A DNA stretch of 64,000 nt from the NCBI GenBank assembly GCA_000004985.1, contig GG738858.1; one strand, given 5' to 3'. Below are positions 1 to 10,638 of this stretch, piece after piece; position 1 is the first letter of the stretch; every line of letters begins with the position of its first letter. The notes below the pieces were generated by a model. It made no database searches. It had not been told where the DNA came from and worked only from the letters and a program-made list of their open reading frames with translations. The stretch is from Naegleria gruberi (Eukaryota). The position numbers were made by a program, and so were the translations under genes.

Positions 1-66
1 TGTAATCTTTATTCGAAACCATTAGAACTAGATTTGCAAATAAATGTATATTCTAAACTCATCATC

Positions 67-642
67 TCAATAATTGACAGTTCTAAAAGTGAGTGAAACT
101 CTTCTGTCACCTTCCAATGAACCTGATTCAATTCCATGTTTGTAGACATTTCTAGAATCACCAGTCATTAGATAGAGTGATCGTTCAGGTAGTTTCACTT
201 TCACTTTCTTGTTATTTTTGGTAAATGTTAAGGTTGAAGTGCATTCTAAACTCAATCCAAATATTATTTCCTTATATGTACTACGATGATCAAAGTGTTG
301 ATCTAATTTATCTTCAGGCTTGTATTCATTGATGAAAATCTCTGTATATTTATCAATTCCCAAGTAAGGTTCATAATCTTTCAAATCAATTTGAGGTAAT
401 TTGTTTCTCGTAGTTTCCAATATTCTTTTCGAAAGCTCTTTCAAAAATTCAGGAAGAGGAGTAATATCATTTGGAATAATCGTATAACTCTGATCATGTT
501 TAGGTCCATAAATTTGAATATTTCTTGTTTGAGATCTATTCTTTATCCAAGTTTGTTGATTGATTTCATTCATTAAATTTGTTGCTTCTGTTGAAGAAAG
601 AAAATCTTCAATGAGATAAAGACCTGGTACTTGTGTTTCCAT
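67..642 (-). CDS. AlkB-family 2OG-Fe(II) dioxygenase, ALKBH7-like
   Basis: Single 191-aa ORF. HxD...H iron-binding pattern (QHFDHRS ... VYKHGI) and C-terminal RVSLTFR resembling the R-x-S-x-T-x-R 2OG-binding motif of AlkB homologs. Block-wise similarity to human ALKBH7 (IFGLSLECTSTLTF ~ IAGLSLLSPSVMRL; ERSLYLMTGDSRNVYKHGI ~ PGSLYILRGSARYDFSHEI). Confidence 0.6.
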   Translation of the reverse strand: METQVPGLYLIEDFLSSTEATNLMNEINQQTWIKNRSQTRNIQIYGPKHDQSYTIIPNDITPLPEFLKELSKRILETTRNKLPQIDLKDYEPYLGIDKYTEIFINEYKPEDKLDQHFDHRSTYKEIIFGLSLECTSTLTFTKNNKKVKVKLPERSLYLMTGDSRNVYKHGIESGSLEGDRRVSLTFRTVNY

Positions 643-900
643 TTATTTTTGATTTGTTGGTGTCGAATGTAATCAGTGAATAGAATTTTATTAATATATC
701 AACCAAGAACATTGAACTTTGATTGTAAAAAATAGTAAAAATAAATTTAATCACCCATGAATAAATCTTGAAAGTGAAATTTACTTTTTTCAATTCAATG
801 AAATCATTGGATTCATTCTTTACGAAAAAACTCATCTTTAATATAACATCAAAATTCAACACAATGAAAATCAACAAGAAAAAAACAGAACAATCCAATA

Positions 901-2085
901 ATGACCACTCAACCACTCCACACAATAGTCTGTGATAACGGCACTGGATTTGTAAAGTCTGGTTTTGCTGGTAACAATTTTCCAGTTGCAACATTTCCTT
1001 CCATGATTGGTCGTCCCCTATTACGTTCTAATGAATTCATTTCTGAAGATTATGAATTGAAAGATATTGTTGTGGGTGATGAATGCTCCAAATACAGAGC
1101 TGCTTTGGAAGTTTCGTATCCAATAACTAATGGTGTCATTACTGATTTTGATGAAATGTTGCATTTGTGGGATTACACATGGAATCGATTGAAGATTTCA
1201 CCAATGGAAAGTCAAATTCTCTTAACTGAACCTCCAATGAATCCAAAGGCAAAGACTAGACAATTAGTCGAAACAATGTTTGAGCATTATGAATTTTCAG
1301 CATTGTATATTGCCATTCAAGCTGTTTTAACATTATGTGCTCAAGGATTAGTGACAGGTGTTGTACTTGATTCAGGTGATGGTGTTACTCATACATTACC
1401 AGTCTATGATGGTTATTGTTGTGAACATTTGATTGGTAGAATGAATTTGGCTGGAAGAGAAGTTACTGATCATTTAATCAATTTGTTATTGATGCGTGGA
1501 TATTCATTTAATAGATCAGCAGATATTGAAACTGTTCGTCTTATTAAGGAGAAGTTTTGTTATGTTGCCTATGATTTACAAATGGAAAACAAACTAAACT
1601 TGGAAACTACTGAACTCATAAAGGTTTACAAGTTACCTGATGGAAGAAAGATCAAAATTGGTGCTGAACGCTTCCAAGGTCCTGAATGCTTGTTAAATCC
1701 AAGTATTCTCGATAAGGAAGATGCAGGAATGCACAAGCAAATATTCGAAACAATCAATAGGGCAGATTTGGATTTGAGAATGGATTATTATTCGCATATA
1801 GTATTATCTGGAGGTAGCACAATGTTCCCTGGTTTATCTTCACGATTGGAGAAGGAAATTACTTCACTCTACCTTGACAAGATTCTAAAAGGTGACTCTG
1901 AAAGATTGAAAAAGTTTAGTTTGAGAGTTGAAGATTCACCAAGAAGAAAACATTTGGTATATTGTGGAGGTGCTGTTTTGGCAGAGTTGATGCAAAAAGA
2001 GGGATCAAAATTCTGGTTGACTAAGCAAGAATATGAGGAGCAAGGTTTTGCAAGGGCAATCAAAAAGATTAGACCAAACTTTTAA
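901..2085 (+). CDS. arp2: Actin-related protein 2 (Arp2, Arp2/3 complex subunit)
   Basis: Intronless 394-aa ORF. Near-collinear match to Arp2 throughout: [125 protein letters not shown]. Length is typical for Arp2. Preceded by an A-rich leader. Confidence 0.9.
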   Translation: MTTQPLHTIVCDNGTGFVKSGFAGNNFPVATFPSMIGRPLLRSNEFISEDYELKDIVVGDECSKYRAALEVSYPITNGVITDFDEMLHLWDYTWNRLKISPMESQILLTEPPMNPKAKTRQLVETMFEHYEFSALYIAIQAVLTLCAQGLVTGVVLDSGDGVTHTLPVYDGYCCEHLIGRMNLAGREVTDHLINLLLMRGYSFNRSADIETVRLIKEKFCYVAYDLQMENKLNLETTELIKVYKLPDGRKIKIGAERFQGPECLLNPSILDKEDAGMHKQIFETINRADLDLRMDYYSHIVLSGGSTMFPGLSSRLEKEITSLYLDKILKGDSERLKKFSLRVEDSPRRKHLVYCGGAVLAELMQKEGSKFWLTKQEYEEQGFARAIKKIRPNF

Positions 2086-2126
2086 TAAACAAAACGATGT
2101 CAAAATTTCATGGCTCGCCACGTTTA

Positions 2127-2197
2127 CCGTCTCGGGAGGAATCGAACCTCCGTCAATGGATTCAAAGTCCACTATGCTACCATTACACCACGAGACG
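2127..2197 (-). tRNA. tRNA-Gln (anticodon UUG)
   Basis: Reverse complement reads CGTCTCG-TG-GTGTAATGGTAGCAT-A-GTGGA-CTTTGAA-TCCAT-TGAC-GGAGG-TTCGATT-CCTCC-CGAGACG-G. Perfect 7-bp acceptor stem, TTCGATT T-loop, anticodon loop CTTTGAA gives UUG. The D-arm GGTGTAATGG is typical of eukaryotic tRNA-Gln. A T-run terminator follows on the coding strand. Confidence 0.85.
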
Positions 2198-2563
2198 AGC
2201 ACATCAATTAAATACCCTTAATGTTCTTATTATTAAGTATACTTTAACACTAAGCCCAATTTAAAGGAGCAATTCCGAAAGAAGAAATATTCAACATATC
2301 AGATACCGACAAACATCAAGGTTTTGCCTATGCATATAAGACACCTCAGAGAGATAGACAAGTCATTCTTAATGCAGCACAATATTTCGGAGGAATTTTA
2401 GAGCTATTAGATAAGTATTTGATGAGGAAATTGTTCTTCAATGCATCAAGACAACACCCATAGCATTAGAATTTGCAAGTGAAACTCTGAGAAATAATCC
2501 AGAAATTGAGAGCAGCTTACAATTTAGCAAAAGGTGGAATTTACTCATGAACCAAAAAACAGA

Positions 2564-2637
2564 TACCGACAATGGGGCTCGAACCCACGACCCCAGGATT
2601 AGAAGTCCTGTGCTCTATCCAACTGAGCTATGACGGC
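2564..2637 (-). tRNA. tRNA-Arg (anticodon UCU)
   Basis: Reverse complement reads GCCGTCA-TA-GCTC-AGTTGGATA-GAGC-A-CAGGA-CTTCTAA-TCCTG-GGGTC-GTGGG-TTCGAGC-CCCAT-TGTCGGT-A. Cloverleaf with TTCGAGC T-loop; anticodon loop CTTCTAA gives UCU. The acceptor stem has one mismatch (5:68) and one G-T pair, so a slightly degenerate gene or pseudogene cannot be excluded. A T6 terminator lies just 3' on the coding strand. Confidence 0.7.
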
Positions 2638-3484
2638 TTATATTCACAATTAAAAGAAATTATTGATGTTCATGTTTTTCAGACGTTAATTGGTTGGTGC
2701 TAAATTTTGGTGGTTAATGGTTTTAATTTTGTGAGAACACATCAATTAGCACATTCCTCTGAACTTGAATAATGAACAGTTCTGGATTCTCAAACTACCC
2801 ATTATTCCAATTCCAATATGAGTACTTAATTCCTCGATTGGATCAAGTTTTTAAGGATCTTCCCACTCAAAAGAGGAAAGAATCAAGAATGCATCACAAC
2901 ACAAGATGAACTGTTTTACAGAGATATCAGATTGTAACGTCCAACCGATATTACCCAGATAGCACGAAGAGGAAACAGACTAAACAATTCCTTCACCTAT
3001 GATGATGATGGTGAAGAATTGATTTAATTCACAAGAAGAATATTAATAATAATTATTATGCAACCAACCATCATAATGAGAAGTAGCGAAATCTTTTTGT
3101 ATTAGAGTGGGCCAATTTATGTGATGAAGTGCACATTTCATTGTAAAGGATCCTTTTTCAATCATGGCTTTCCATTTATTTCATTTTAATGAATCCGTAG
3201 ATGATTAGTTTCCGTTTCATCAAGAATCTCATAAACCAACTTTAGAGTGAGTATACAAATTCTATCATTCCTAATTCTTTTGATTCCTTCCATGTTTATT
3301 TCAAATTGTCTCTTGGATTGTATTTGACATTCAAACAGTGCAATCTTTCGAATATCAAAAACACAAAAAACAACTTTACTACAACCACCACTAGTTAACA
3401 GCTAATACTACTACCTATAATCCACACAGTGTAATATCCTATTAACTTGTATCATAATCATCATCACGTTATCTTTTCATCATC

Positions 3485-5069
3485 ATGGACAAATTGCATA
3501 TAAATTATTACCCAACCACTACTGACTTGTTACTCACAAACAGTTCATCCACAAATAGCAACACCACATCAACAACAACACTACCTTCTCCCTTCACTAC
3601 ATACAGTATTATTACCATTGCTTTAACTTCACCATATGCTTTGATTTTTATTGGGTTATTCATATTCACACTCATTAGTTTCATTCTCCAACGAAATCAA
3701 TTGAAGAGAAATCAAGTAATTTTATTTGTGTTACTCTTAACATTGGAAGTAATTTGTGTTATTTCGAATTTGACAAGAGCAACATCAGAGTTGAGTTTAC
3801 TTGCTGGTCGAGATGCACAAGGGAAAATTAATAATGGATATTATGGTGTGAAAGCTGTTGATAGATTTTTAGTTTCAGTCTTGATTTTTATTCAGATTTT
3901 AATACTTGCCTTTATTTGTTATGTATTGTAAGTATACTAAATTTGTATAGGTTTACAACAATTGAATTATAGTATGGCCACAACAAGACAAATTGGCTAT
4001 GTTACCACTAAGAGTTATAATATTTCAAAGATTGTATTGGTATCACTTGTTGTCATTATTGGTATAATCTTAACTTTGAATAATGTGGCCATTCTGACCT
4101 ATCATGGATTGATGGCAAGTTCAGATATCTTGGCTCAGAATGGAGCTGAATATAATTTCACAGTTTCAATCTTTATTGCTCCATGTGTCATCTTTTTCTT
4201 TGCATGTGTTGCAATTTCCATCTTTCTCAATGTAAGTTTTCCTTCCTTTAACAATTGACTAAAATTGATCAATCATCTCTGTACAGATTTATGGATATAA
4301 ATTATATGCCTCATTGAAAAAGAGTCAACAAGCATTGAAAGAAGCATTCAAGCAACAAAATGCTCTTGTTAAAGAGTCTCAAAGTGAGGCACCTTCAATG
4401 GTAGAATCTTCATCCAGCATTTCTATTGGACCTCGATTGACTCTTGAAGACAGCAGTATGGATTCATCACCTCTTCCACAAATTCCAACCATTCAGAATC
4501 CAACACTCTTAGAACTTGAAAAGGCAATGTCACCTTCAAATTCATGTGAAAGTTTATCCAATTCGAGAGAACCACTCAATAGTCCAGAATCTGTTCCTAC
4601 TCTATGTGTTTCTCCTGACTCTTCAACTCCTCTTCCAATTGTAAAAGCTAGCTCACCAACAAGTCCAAAAACAACAAGATATTCCTCAAGAACCATCCAA
4701 GAGCCACCATCTGAAACCAGTAGCCACAATACAAGTTCCAAACGTAGAAAGAATTACACAACCTTCACAAAAGAACAGCAACAAGCCTATCAAGTTAAAA
4801 AGAGAGCTCTCCAAAAAGCACTTTTATTACAATTTGGTCTATCTGCTTCTCTATTTGTAGAGTCAATTGGTGTGTTATTCATTTCAATTGCAGTTGCTTG
4901 GAATTATTCAGTTATCATTTTCTTTAATCTTTTCAATATTGGTATTATTTGTTTCATTTCATTACTTTTAGCAATTTATCATCCACTGAGACAAGTTCAA
5001 CAATTATTTAGAATGCCAAGTGACAAACAAATTGAACTTAAAACTTCTGCTCCTAGTAAAAATGTTTAA
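3485..5069 (+). CDS. Seven-transmembrane receptor-like protein (GPCR-like) with large Ser/Pro-rich third intracellular loop; 3 exons
   Basis: Exon model 3485..3927, 3973..4231, 4287..5069, about 495 aa. Intron 1 is GTAAGT...TATAG (3928..3972, phase 2) and intron 2 is GTAAGT...TACAG (4232..4286, phase 0); both restore a continuous frame. Five hydrophobic helices lie in exons 1-2, then about 170 aa of S/P/T-rich low-complexity loop, then two more helices (LFVESIGVLFISIAVAW, IGIICFISLLLAIY). No specific GPCR family assigned. Confidence 0.55.
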
Positions 5070-5094
5070 ATGTTATTTTATTAATAATTTGTTT

Positions 5095-5328
5095 TTAATA
5101 TTCGTTTTTTGGGTTTTGTATTGTCCAATTGTTGATAATACCAAATGTGCCAGATGAATTCCTCTTGAATAGAGTCAACACACCAATCATAGCAAGAGTT
5201 TGTTCTCCCTTATAGAAAGTATAATAATACAACTTGTTTTGGATTGATAAGGCTGAAATGAAGTTATCATTGGTCCAACAATTGTAGTGCAATACTATCG
5301 TTGCACTGGCACATATTTCCTTCTCCAT
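5095..5328 (-). CDS. Small hypothetical protein (77 aa from first ATG)
   Basis: The ORF-track start is a TTG. The first ATG gives MEKEICASATIVLHYNCWTNDNF...NPKNEY. Codon usage is not AT-biased like the surrounding intergenic DNA. No homology recognised. Confidence 0.2.
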   Translation of the reverse strand: MEKEICASATIVLHYNCWTNDNFISALSIQNKLYYYTFYKGEQTLAMIGVLTLFKRNSSGTFGIINNWTIQNPKNEY

Positions 5329-5712
5329 CCCTGACAATGACTTTCTATCCACAAGTTTTTGAGCCAAATCGTTTTTGCAGCAAAGTTTGAAAAGAATTTT
5401 CTCACAGTGGAAAAATTGTAAAAATTGTCACATCGTGGAGTTTGTGTTAATAATTCACGAATGTACATTTAAGGTACCTCTCTGTTTCTTGGATCAGTTA
5501 GCCTTTCCAATAAATTCCAGAAAATGGATTGGCATTTTTCATATTCATCGTCATGTGTTTGCATTTGTTTTAATAGAAAGATTAATTGTTGTTGAGCCTT
5601 AGTAAATTTTCTCGTTAGAATGAGATTTTTGTGGATTTAAAGTGCAGTTTATTCAAATAAATCAATTCAAGAAATTTACTCAGAAATATTATGGTTTGTG
5701 CTGCTCAATTCA

Positions 5713-6732
5713 TCACATGATGGAACACTTTTTCCTATCATCTTGTTTTCCATTTTCGTAAACTAAAATATCGGTAATATCTTTTTGATAATAATTAATG
5801 CAAATTTTTAAAAATTCTTCAATTCCATTTCCCAATTCATTTATATTTTTAATAATAATTAAATTTTTTCTATTTTTTAATAATTCAACAAGTTGTTTTC
5901 CCAATTGTAATTTTTCATTTTCATATATGGAATCAATAATTACCAAACATGGAAATAAAATTGAATATTTAACTTTATCAATCATTTCCATAATTTCTTG
6001 TAACATTTCAAATTCTCGATTTAAATTTATAATAATTCCATGAAATCTTTCTAATAATTGTAATTTATGTGAATATTCAAATGATTGTGAAATTTCTGTT
6101 ATTAATAAATTATTAATTATTTTAATTTGTTCATTATTTGATTTGTTTGGTAATTTAATTAATTTGGCTGTTTCACATTTATCCAATAAAGAAATTTTAT
6201 CAAATTCATCAAAATCAAATCCAAATTGTTGATTCAAATATAAGTTTCTCCTTCCAAACGAATTACAAATTCCAATTTCAAATATTTTATCTAATCTATT
6301 TAATGTATTTAATTTAAATTCATTTAATTCAATTAAATTTTTATTATTAAAATATTTAGATAATAAAATAATTAAATTTTTATATTTAAAATAATTATTA
6401 TTAATACTAGTATTATTATTAATAGTATTTGTAATAAAATGTTCAATTCCCACCAATTTATATCTTTTTAATAAAATTACTTTCCAATAACTTTGGAATA
6501 AATTTCTAATTAAAATAATATTATCATTCAATTGTTGATATTTCCTACGTTTTGTATTATTATCATTATTAACATTAAATAATTTATAATAAATCCATTC
6601 TAAATTATTAATACATGATACAGATGATGATGAATATTCCATGATCGGATGAAAATCATCAATTAAAATAAAATTTAATATTTGAATGTGAAGTTCGAGT
6701 GGTAAATTTCTTATCAAATTATTTTCATTCAT
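5713..6732 (-). CDS. Hypothetical protein with N-terminal F-box-like motif
   Basis: 339-aa ORF, very AT-rich and Asn-rich. The N-terminus LPLELHIQILNFILIDDF resembles the F-box consensus (LP.E.L..IL..L). Rest is low complexity. Confidence 0.5.
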   Translation of the reverse strand: MNENNLIRNLPLELHIQILNFILIDDFHPIMEYSSSSVSCINNLEWIYYKLFNVNNDNNTKRRKYQQLNDNIILIRNLFQSYWKVILLKRYKLVGIEHFITNTINNNTSINNNYFKYKNLIILLSKYFNNKNLIELNEFKLNTLNRLDKIFEIGICNSFGRRNLYLNQQFGFDFDEFDKISLLDKCETAKLIKLPNKSNNEQIKIINNLLITEISQSFEYSHKLQLLERFHGIIINLNREFEMLQEIMEMIDKVKYSILFPCLVIIDSIYENEKLQLGKQLVELLKNRKNLIIIKNINELGNGIEEFLKICINYYQKDITDILVYENGKQDDRKKCSIM

Positions 6733-6851
6733 TTTTTTAAAAAATCAAATACATGAAGTGACTCTAAATATTGAGTAATTATAAATAATTTTTCTTAAAT
6801 TGTAAATTGGATAAATCCATCACTATTTTTTAAATATTAATGAATAAAAAT

Positions 6852-7984
6852 TTATTCATCTTGTTCTTCTGGAATGTTGAATAGAGCATTGTGATAAACA
6901 TTTTGTACATCATCGTGATCATTCAATTTTTCAATAAGATTTTGAATACTTTCAGCAACTTCTGGATCAGTAATTTCAATAAATGAAGTTGGAACTTGAC
7001 CAATTTCACATGTAATATTTTGAATGGTAATATTCATACCCTTTTCAATATTTGTCTTTTCAGTGTCGAGTAGAGATTTTAAATTATGAACAGATTCAGG
7101 TGAACAAAAGAGAGAACATTCTAAAAATTCCTTTTCCATATCATTTTGAGTTGGTTCAATTTTTAAATCTTCAACACCATCCATATCTGATACTTTTTCA
7201 AATAAATTATCATAAATAATATCCATCTTTGAATGAGACATTGGAATTGTAAAGTTAACAACTCCTTTCTTTTCAAAACACCATTGAACTGATGTACCTA
7301 ATTGACCTTTGTGTAATGAAAAAAGTGTTCTTACTTGTTGAGCTGTTCTATTCTTATTTTCTGTTAATGAATCAACAAGAACTGCAACACCACCTGCTCC
7401 ATATCCTTCATAACCAATATATTCCATATTAGCATCCTTTTCATTTAAACCTGATTTAATAGCACCATCAACAATATGTTTTGGAACATTGTTCTTTCTA
7501 GCCTTTTCAAGACATAAACGTAATCTTAAATTATCAGATCCTGCTCCTCCAAGTTGAACACATGTTTTAATTTCACGTGAAAGTTTTGTATAAATTTTCA
7601 TCTTTTGAACATCTGTAATTGCTTTTTGATGTTTAATCTATATAATTATCAACATCATTTCCAAATATTGTTTCAATTTTAATAGGAATTTTAATTGTTG
7701 TGCAATAATCATAATCATAATAAAATTCACAAGATAGGTAAATCACAAATATCCAAATATTATTATTCATATCATCACAAATAAATTCCGATATATTTTC
7801 CTTTAATAAACAATATAATAATTCATCATACCTTTGACCACTTGTTGTGTCCAGCATAATTGACACTCAAGTAATTTGAGAAATTTCTAACAGCAGGTCC
7901 ATTCAAAAAACTTGTACTGCTGCTGCTATTCGCTATAAATTTATATCTGAATGCCGATAACAAGGCTGATGATGATTTGAACAT
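6852..7984 (-). CDS. YebC/PmpR-family protein (TACO1-like, probably mitochondrial); 2 exons
   Basis: Exon 2 (6852..7637) carries the family core: IKHQKAITDVQKMKIYTKLSREIKTCVQLGGAGSDNLRLRLCLEKARKNNVPKHIVDGAIK. Exon 1 (7832..7984, found by hand on the minus strand) encodes MFKSSSALLSAFRYKFIANSSSSTSFLNGPAVRNFSNYLSVNYAGHNKWSK, a presequence-like leader plus the GH(N/S)KW(S/A) family N-terminal signature. Intron 7638..7831 is GTATGA...TATAG, phase 0. AAAAAATG start context. Confidence 0.7.
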
Positions 7985-8747
7985 TTTTTAAAAAAAACAA
8001 AAATTTAAAAAAATTAATTGTTAAATCAAATTATCTTGAGAGCCTTTGCGTGACAACTATCCATTAAAATAGCCTCTTCAGATGTTGTATATCAATTTGA
8101 AAATTTAATTAATAATTATTAATAATCATAGTATGGTCTATTTGTAAAAATATGAGTGAAAGATAAGGAACGGATGAAAATGAGAAAATAGGAAATAAAT
8201 ACGAAAGAAGGATGAATGTTTGATTCCTATTGAATATGATAATTTCTTTACAATTATTTACAATTAATTCTCTTTTACTGTAGCTTAACTAATATGATTC
8301 TACATTCGAAAATAGAAGTATGTACGAATTCCTTTACTGTCACAATGAAAAGACAACATTAATCTTCATCCATGAAATATTAAAATTTTCCTATTGACAA
8401 CAAATATTTGAAAGATCATAAACAATATTTGAGATTGCAAATATTGATTCAATAGTATTCAGCTTCTCTTTAACTTTACAAAAATCGGAGCAAAAAAATT
8501 CTCAATTAAAATTTCCTCTCACACTTTTTCAAAGCCTCAAACATTTAAGATCCGAATGGATATCGCTGCTCCTTTCTGTTACCTTTGTTCGGACATGACG
8601 ATGGGCAACTGCCCAACAACTTCATTTACAGCCGTCAAAAAGCTCAAATATTCAACGAACACTTTGGCGCCAAAAAGATTCCAGCTGGAAAGTAGGGAAT
8701 CGTTGAAGGCTTTTGTTGAAATTTCGCACACAAAAAAAAAACGCAGA

Positions 8748-9907
8748 ATGACAGAAATAATTGATAGTTTAATTCACAAGTTTGTGAATGAACCACTTCC
8801 TCTTCCATATGAGCAAATCCCAGCCTTGGACAAGGCTCGTAACTATATTTTAAACTTTACCTTTGATAAACACGATCCATTCAATATGAGCCAATTTTAT
8901 CCAACAACAATTCTCCCAGTATTGTCATATCTTGCCATGATCTTTATTTTGAAGAAGATTTTCCACAATAGACCAGTTGATTTCAAGGCCAATCCAATTC
9001 TCTATGGTTTTGGTTTTATTCACAATGTAATTTTAAGTTTTGGATCCTTGCTCATGTTCTCCGGAATGATGTACGGATTTTTACAAGTTGTCTTGTCTAA
9101 ATATCTCATTGCAAAGGAAACTCCTGTTCAATCCTTCTTGATTGGTATTTGTAATAGCAGTGGAAGCTATTGGAACAATCAATACGGTACTGCTTTCTGG
9201 ATTTGGGTCTTTATGGTTAGGTATGTGTAGTTTTATTGTTAACGATGTTTATTAACAATTGTATTTTCACATTTATTTTAACACACTTTTTAATGACGAT
9301 TATTATCTATTTTTCAACCACCAACTATTATCACACACACTATACTATTAACTTTATATCATCTAATACTAACCTTCTAATACTATCAATTATAATAATA
9401 ATAATAACACGGAATGATAATGAAAATAACAGTAAATGGTGGGAATTTGTTGATACTTTCCTTTTGTGTATGAAGGATAAGCCACTCCAATTCCTCCACG
9501 TCTGGCATCATGCTACTGTTCCACTCCACATGTATCTCATGTTGATCTCTGAATGGGACCCAGCTGTTTTTGGTTTCTGTTTCAATGCTTTTGTTCACGT
9601 TATCATGTATTATTACTATTTGCAACAATATAGAGGTATTGATTGTTGGTGGAAGAAGCTTGTCACAATTATTCAAATTGTTCAATTTGTTGTCTGCTTT
9701 GTCATTTTAGGTATTTCATTGAATAGCGAACATTGTGATTTGGAATCATCTCAACCACGTATTGCTTTGGCTTCTACTTTCACTTTGTACCTTTCTTATT
9801 TGGTTTTGTTCATCAAATTCTATGCTTCAACTTACAAGAGAAGACCAAGAGCAAACAAGGAAAAGCCAATTGAAGAAAAGTCAGCTGAAGAAAAGAAGAT
9901 TCAATAA
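8748..9907 (+). CDS. ELO/GNS1/SUR4-family fatty-acid elongase; 2 exons
   Basis: Exons 8748..9220 and 9433..9907, about 315 aa. Intron is GTATGT...ACAG, phase 2; the spliced junction reads ...FWIWVFMV-S-KWWEFVDTFLL. Histidine-box LQFLHVWHHATV matches the ELO HxxHH motif. Multiple TM helices and a C-terminal KRRPR/K-rich tail fit ER elongases. Start placed at ATG 8748 after an A10 tract; an in-frame ATG at 8556 would add 64 aa (see findings). Confidence 0.75.
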
Positions 9908-10097
9908 TTCTTTTAAAATACATAAATTATTATTTATATTTATTTCATAAATCTAGAAGTTTTGTGTGCTTAGCTTTTTGTCATCATTCCAGCTACTATT
10001 ATTGTGAGTATTCGCGAATATTGTTGAATTGTATTACAACAAGAATACAAATAATAGGTGAATAATGATGATGGTGATGAATTGTATGATGATGAAT

Positions 10098-10517
10098 TTA
10101 ATGATATCCTCCTCGATTATAGACTTGATGATTGTAGCCTTGTCTAGGAGCTTCCTCTTCCTCATCGTCTTCCTCTTCATCATCTTGATAGGCCTGATGT
10201 TGTGCGGAAGCGTGATTTGATCTATAATTTACTACTTGTTGAGGAACTTGGTCTTCCTCTTCTTCCTCCTTTTCTCTGTTTACCTTCTCACATTCATCAA
10301 TCCACTCACTATAAACATCAATAGGATCAGTGATGTATGTAATATTAGTTTGATATTGAGCACCACAAATTTGACAGTTTAATCTGCCTTGCGACTTTTT
10401 TCTATCAATTGTACATTCAACGGTACTTGTATTATTACAGAATGGACAATCAAAAGATGTTGGCAATTTTGGAACAACTTTCTTTGGTGGTGGTTTTCTT
10501 GTAGCACGTTTGCCCAT
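10098..10517 (-). CDS. Transcription elongation factor 1 homolog (Elf1/ELOF1 zinc-finger protein)
   Basis: 139-aa ORF. MGKRATRKPPPKK...FDCPFCNNTSTVECTIDRKKSQGRLNCQICGAQYQTNITYITDPIDVYSEWIDECE matches the Elf1 C4 zinc ribbon (CPFC...C..C) and flanking conserved blocks. Acidic Glu/Asp-rich C-terminal tail. Confidence 0.8.
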   Translation of the reverse strand: MGKRATRKPPPKKVVPKLPTSFDCPFCNNTSTVECTIDRKKSQGRLNCQICGAQYQTNITYITDPIDVYSEWIDECEKVNREKEEEEEDQVPQQVVNYRSNHASAQHQAYQDDEEEDDEEEEAPRQGYNHQVYNRGGYH

Positions 10518-10638
10518 TTTTTTTTAATCTAAAATATTCTAATTTTAAAACATTTTTAACGGAAATTTATTTGAAATTTGCACCATTTGAAGATAATAAA
10601 AATAATAATAAATAAAAAATAGTATATCAATTAATAAT

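Noticed and set aside
608-994. 128-aa minus-strand ORF spanning the AlkB/Arp2 promoter
   Set aside because: Extremely AT-rich, low-complexity translation ([11 protein letters not shown]...) overlapping both flanking gene starts. A typical spurious ORF in AT-rich spacer.
1869-2221. Three short ORFs (1869..2063 -, 2005..2202 -, 2033..2221 +) over the Arp2 3' end and tRNA-Gln
   Set aside because: Antisense or overlapping a well-supported CDS and a tRNA gene. No independent coding signal.
4493-4741. 82-aa antisense ORF inside the 7TM receptor loop exon
   Set aside because: Lies antisense within the low-complexity S/P-rich coding region. Mirror-frame artefact.
5375-5602. 75-aa plus-strand ORF between the 7TM gene and the F-box-like gene
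   Set aside because: No start context and no recognisable domain; hydrophobic junk-like translation. Possibly UTR.
7633-7866. 77-aa minus-strand ORF upstream of the TACO1 core
   Set aside because: Falls inside the 194-nt intron and a different frame of exon 1 of the TACO1 homolog. It is superseded by the spliced model.
9236-9432. 5' part of the ORF-track ORF 9236..9907
   Set aside because: This stretch is the ELO intron (GTATGT...ACAG) read through as protein from a TTG. Only 9433..9907 is exon.
9386-9950. ORFs 9386..9685 (-) and 9735..9950 (+) overlapping ELO exon 2
   Set aside because: Antisense or out-of-frame overlaps of a gene with a clear HxxHH signature.
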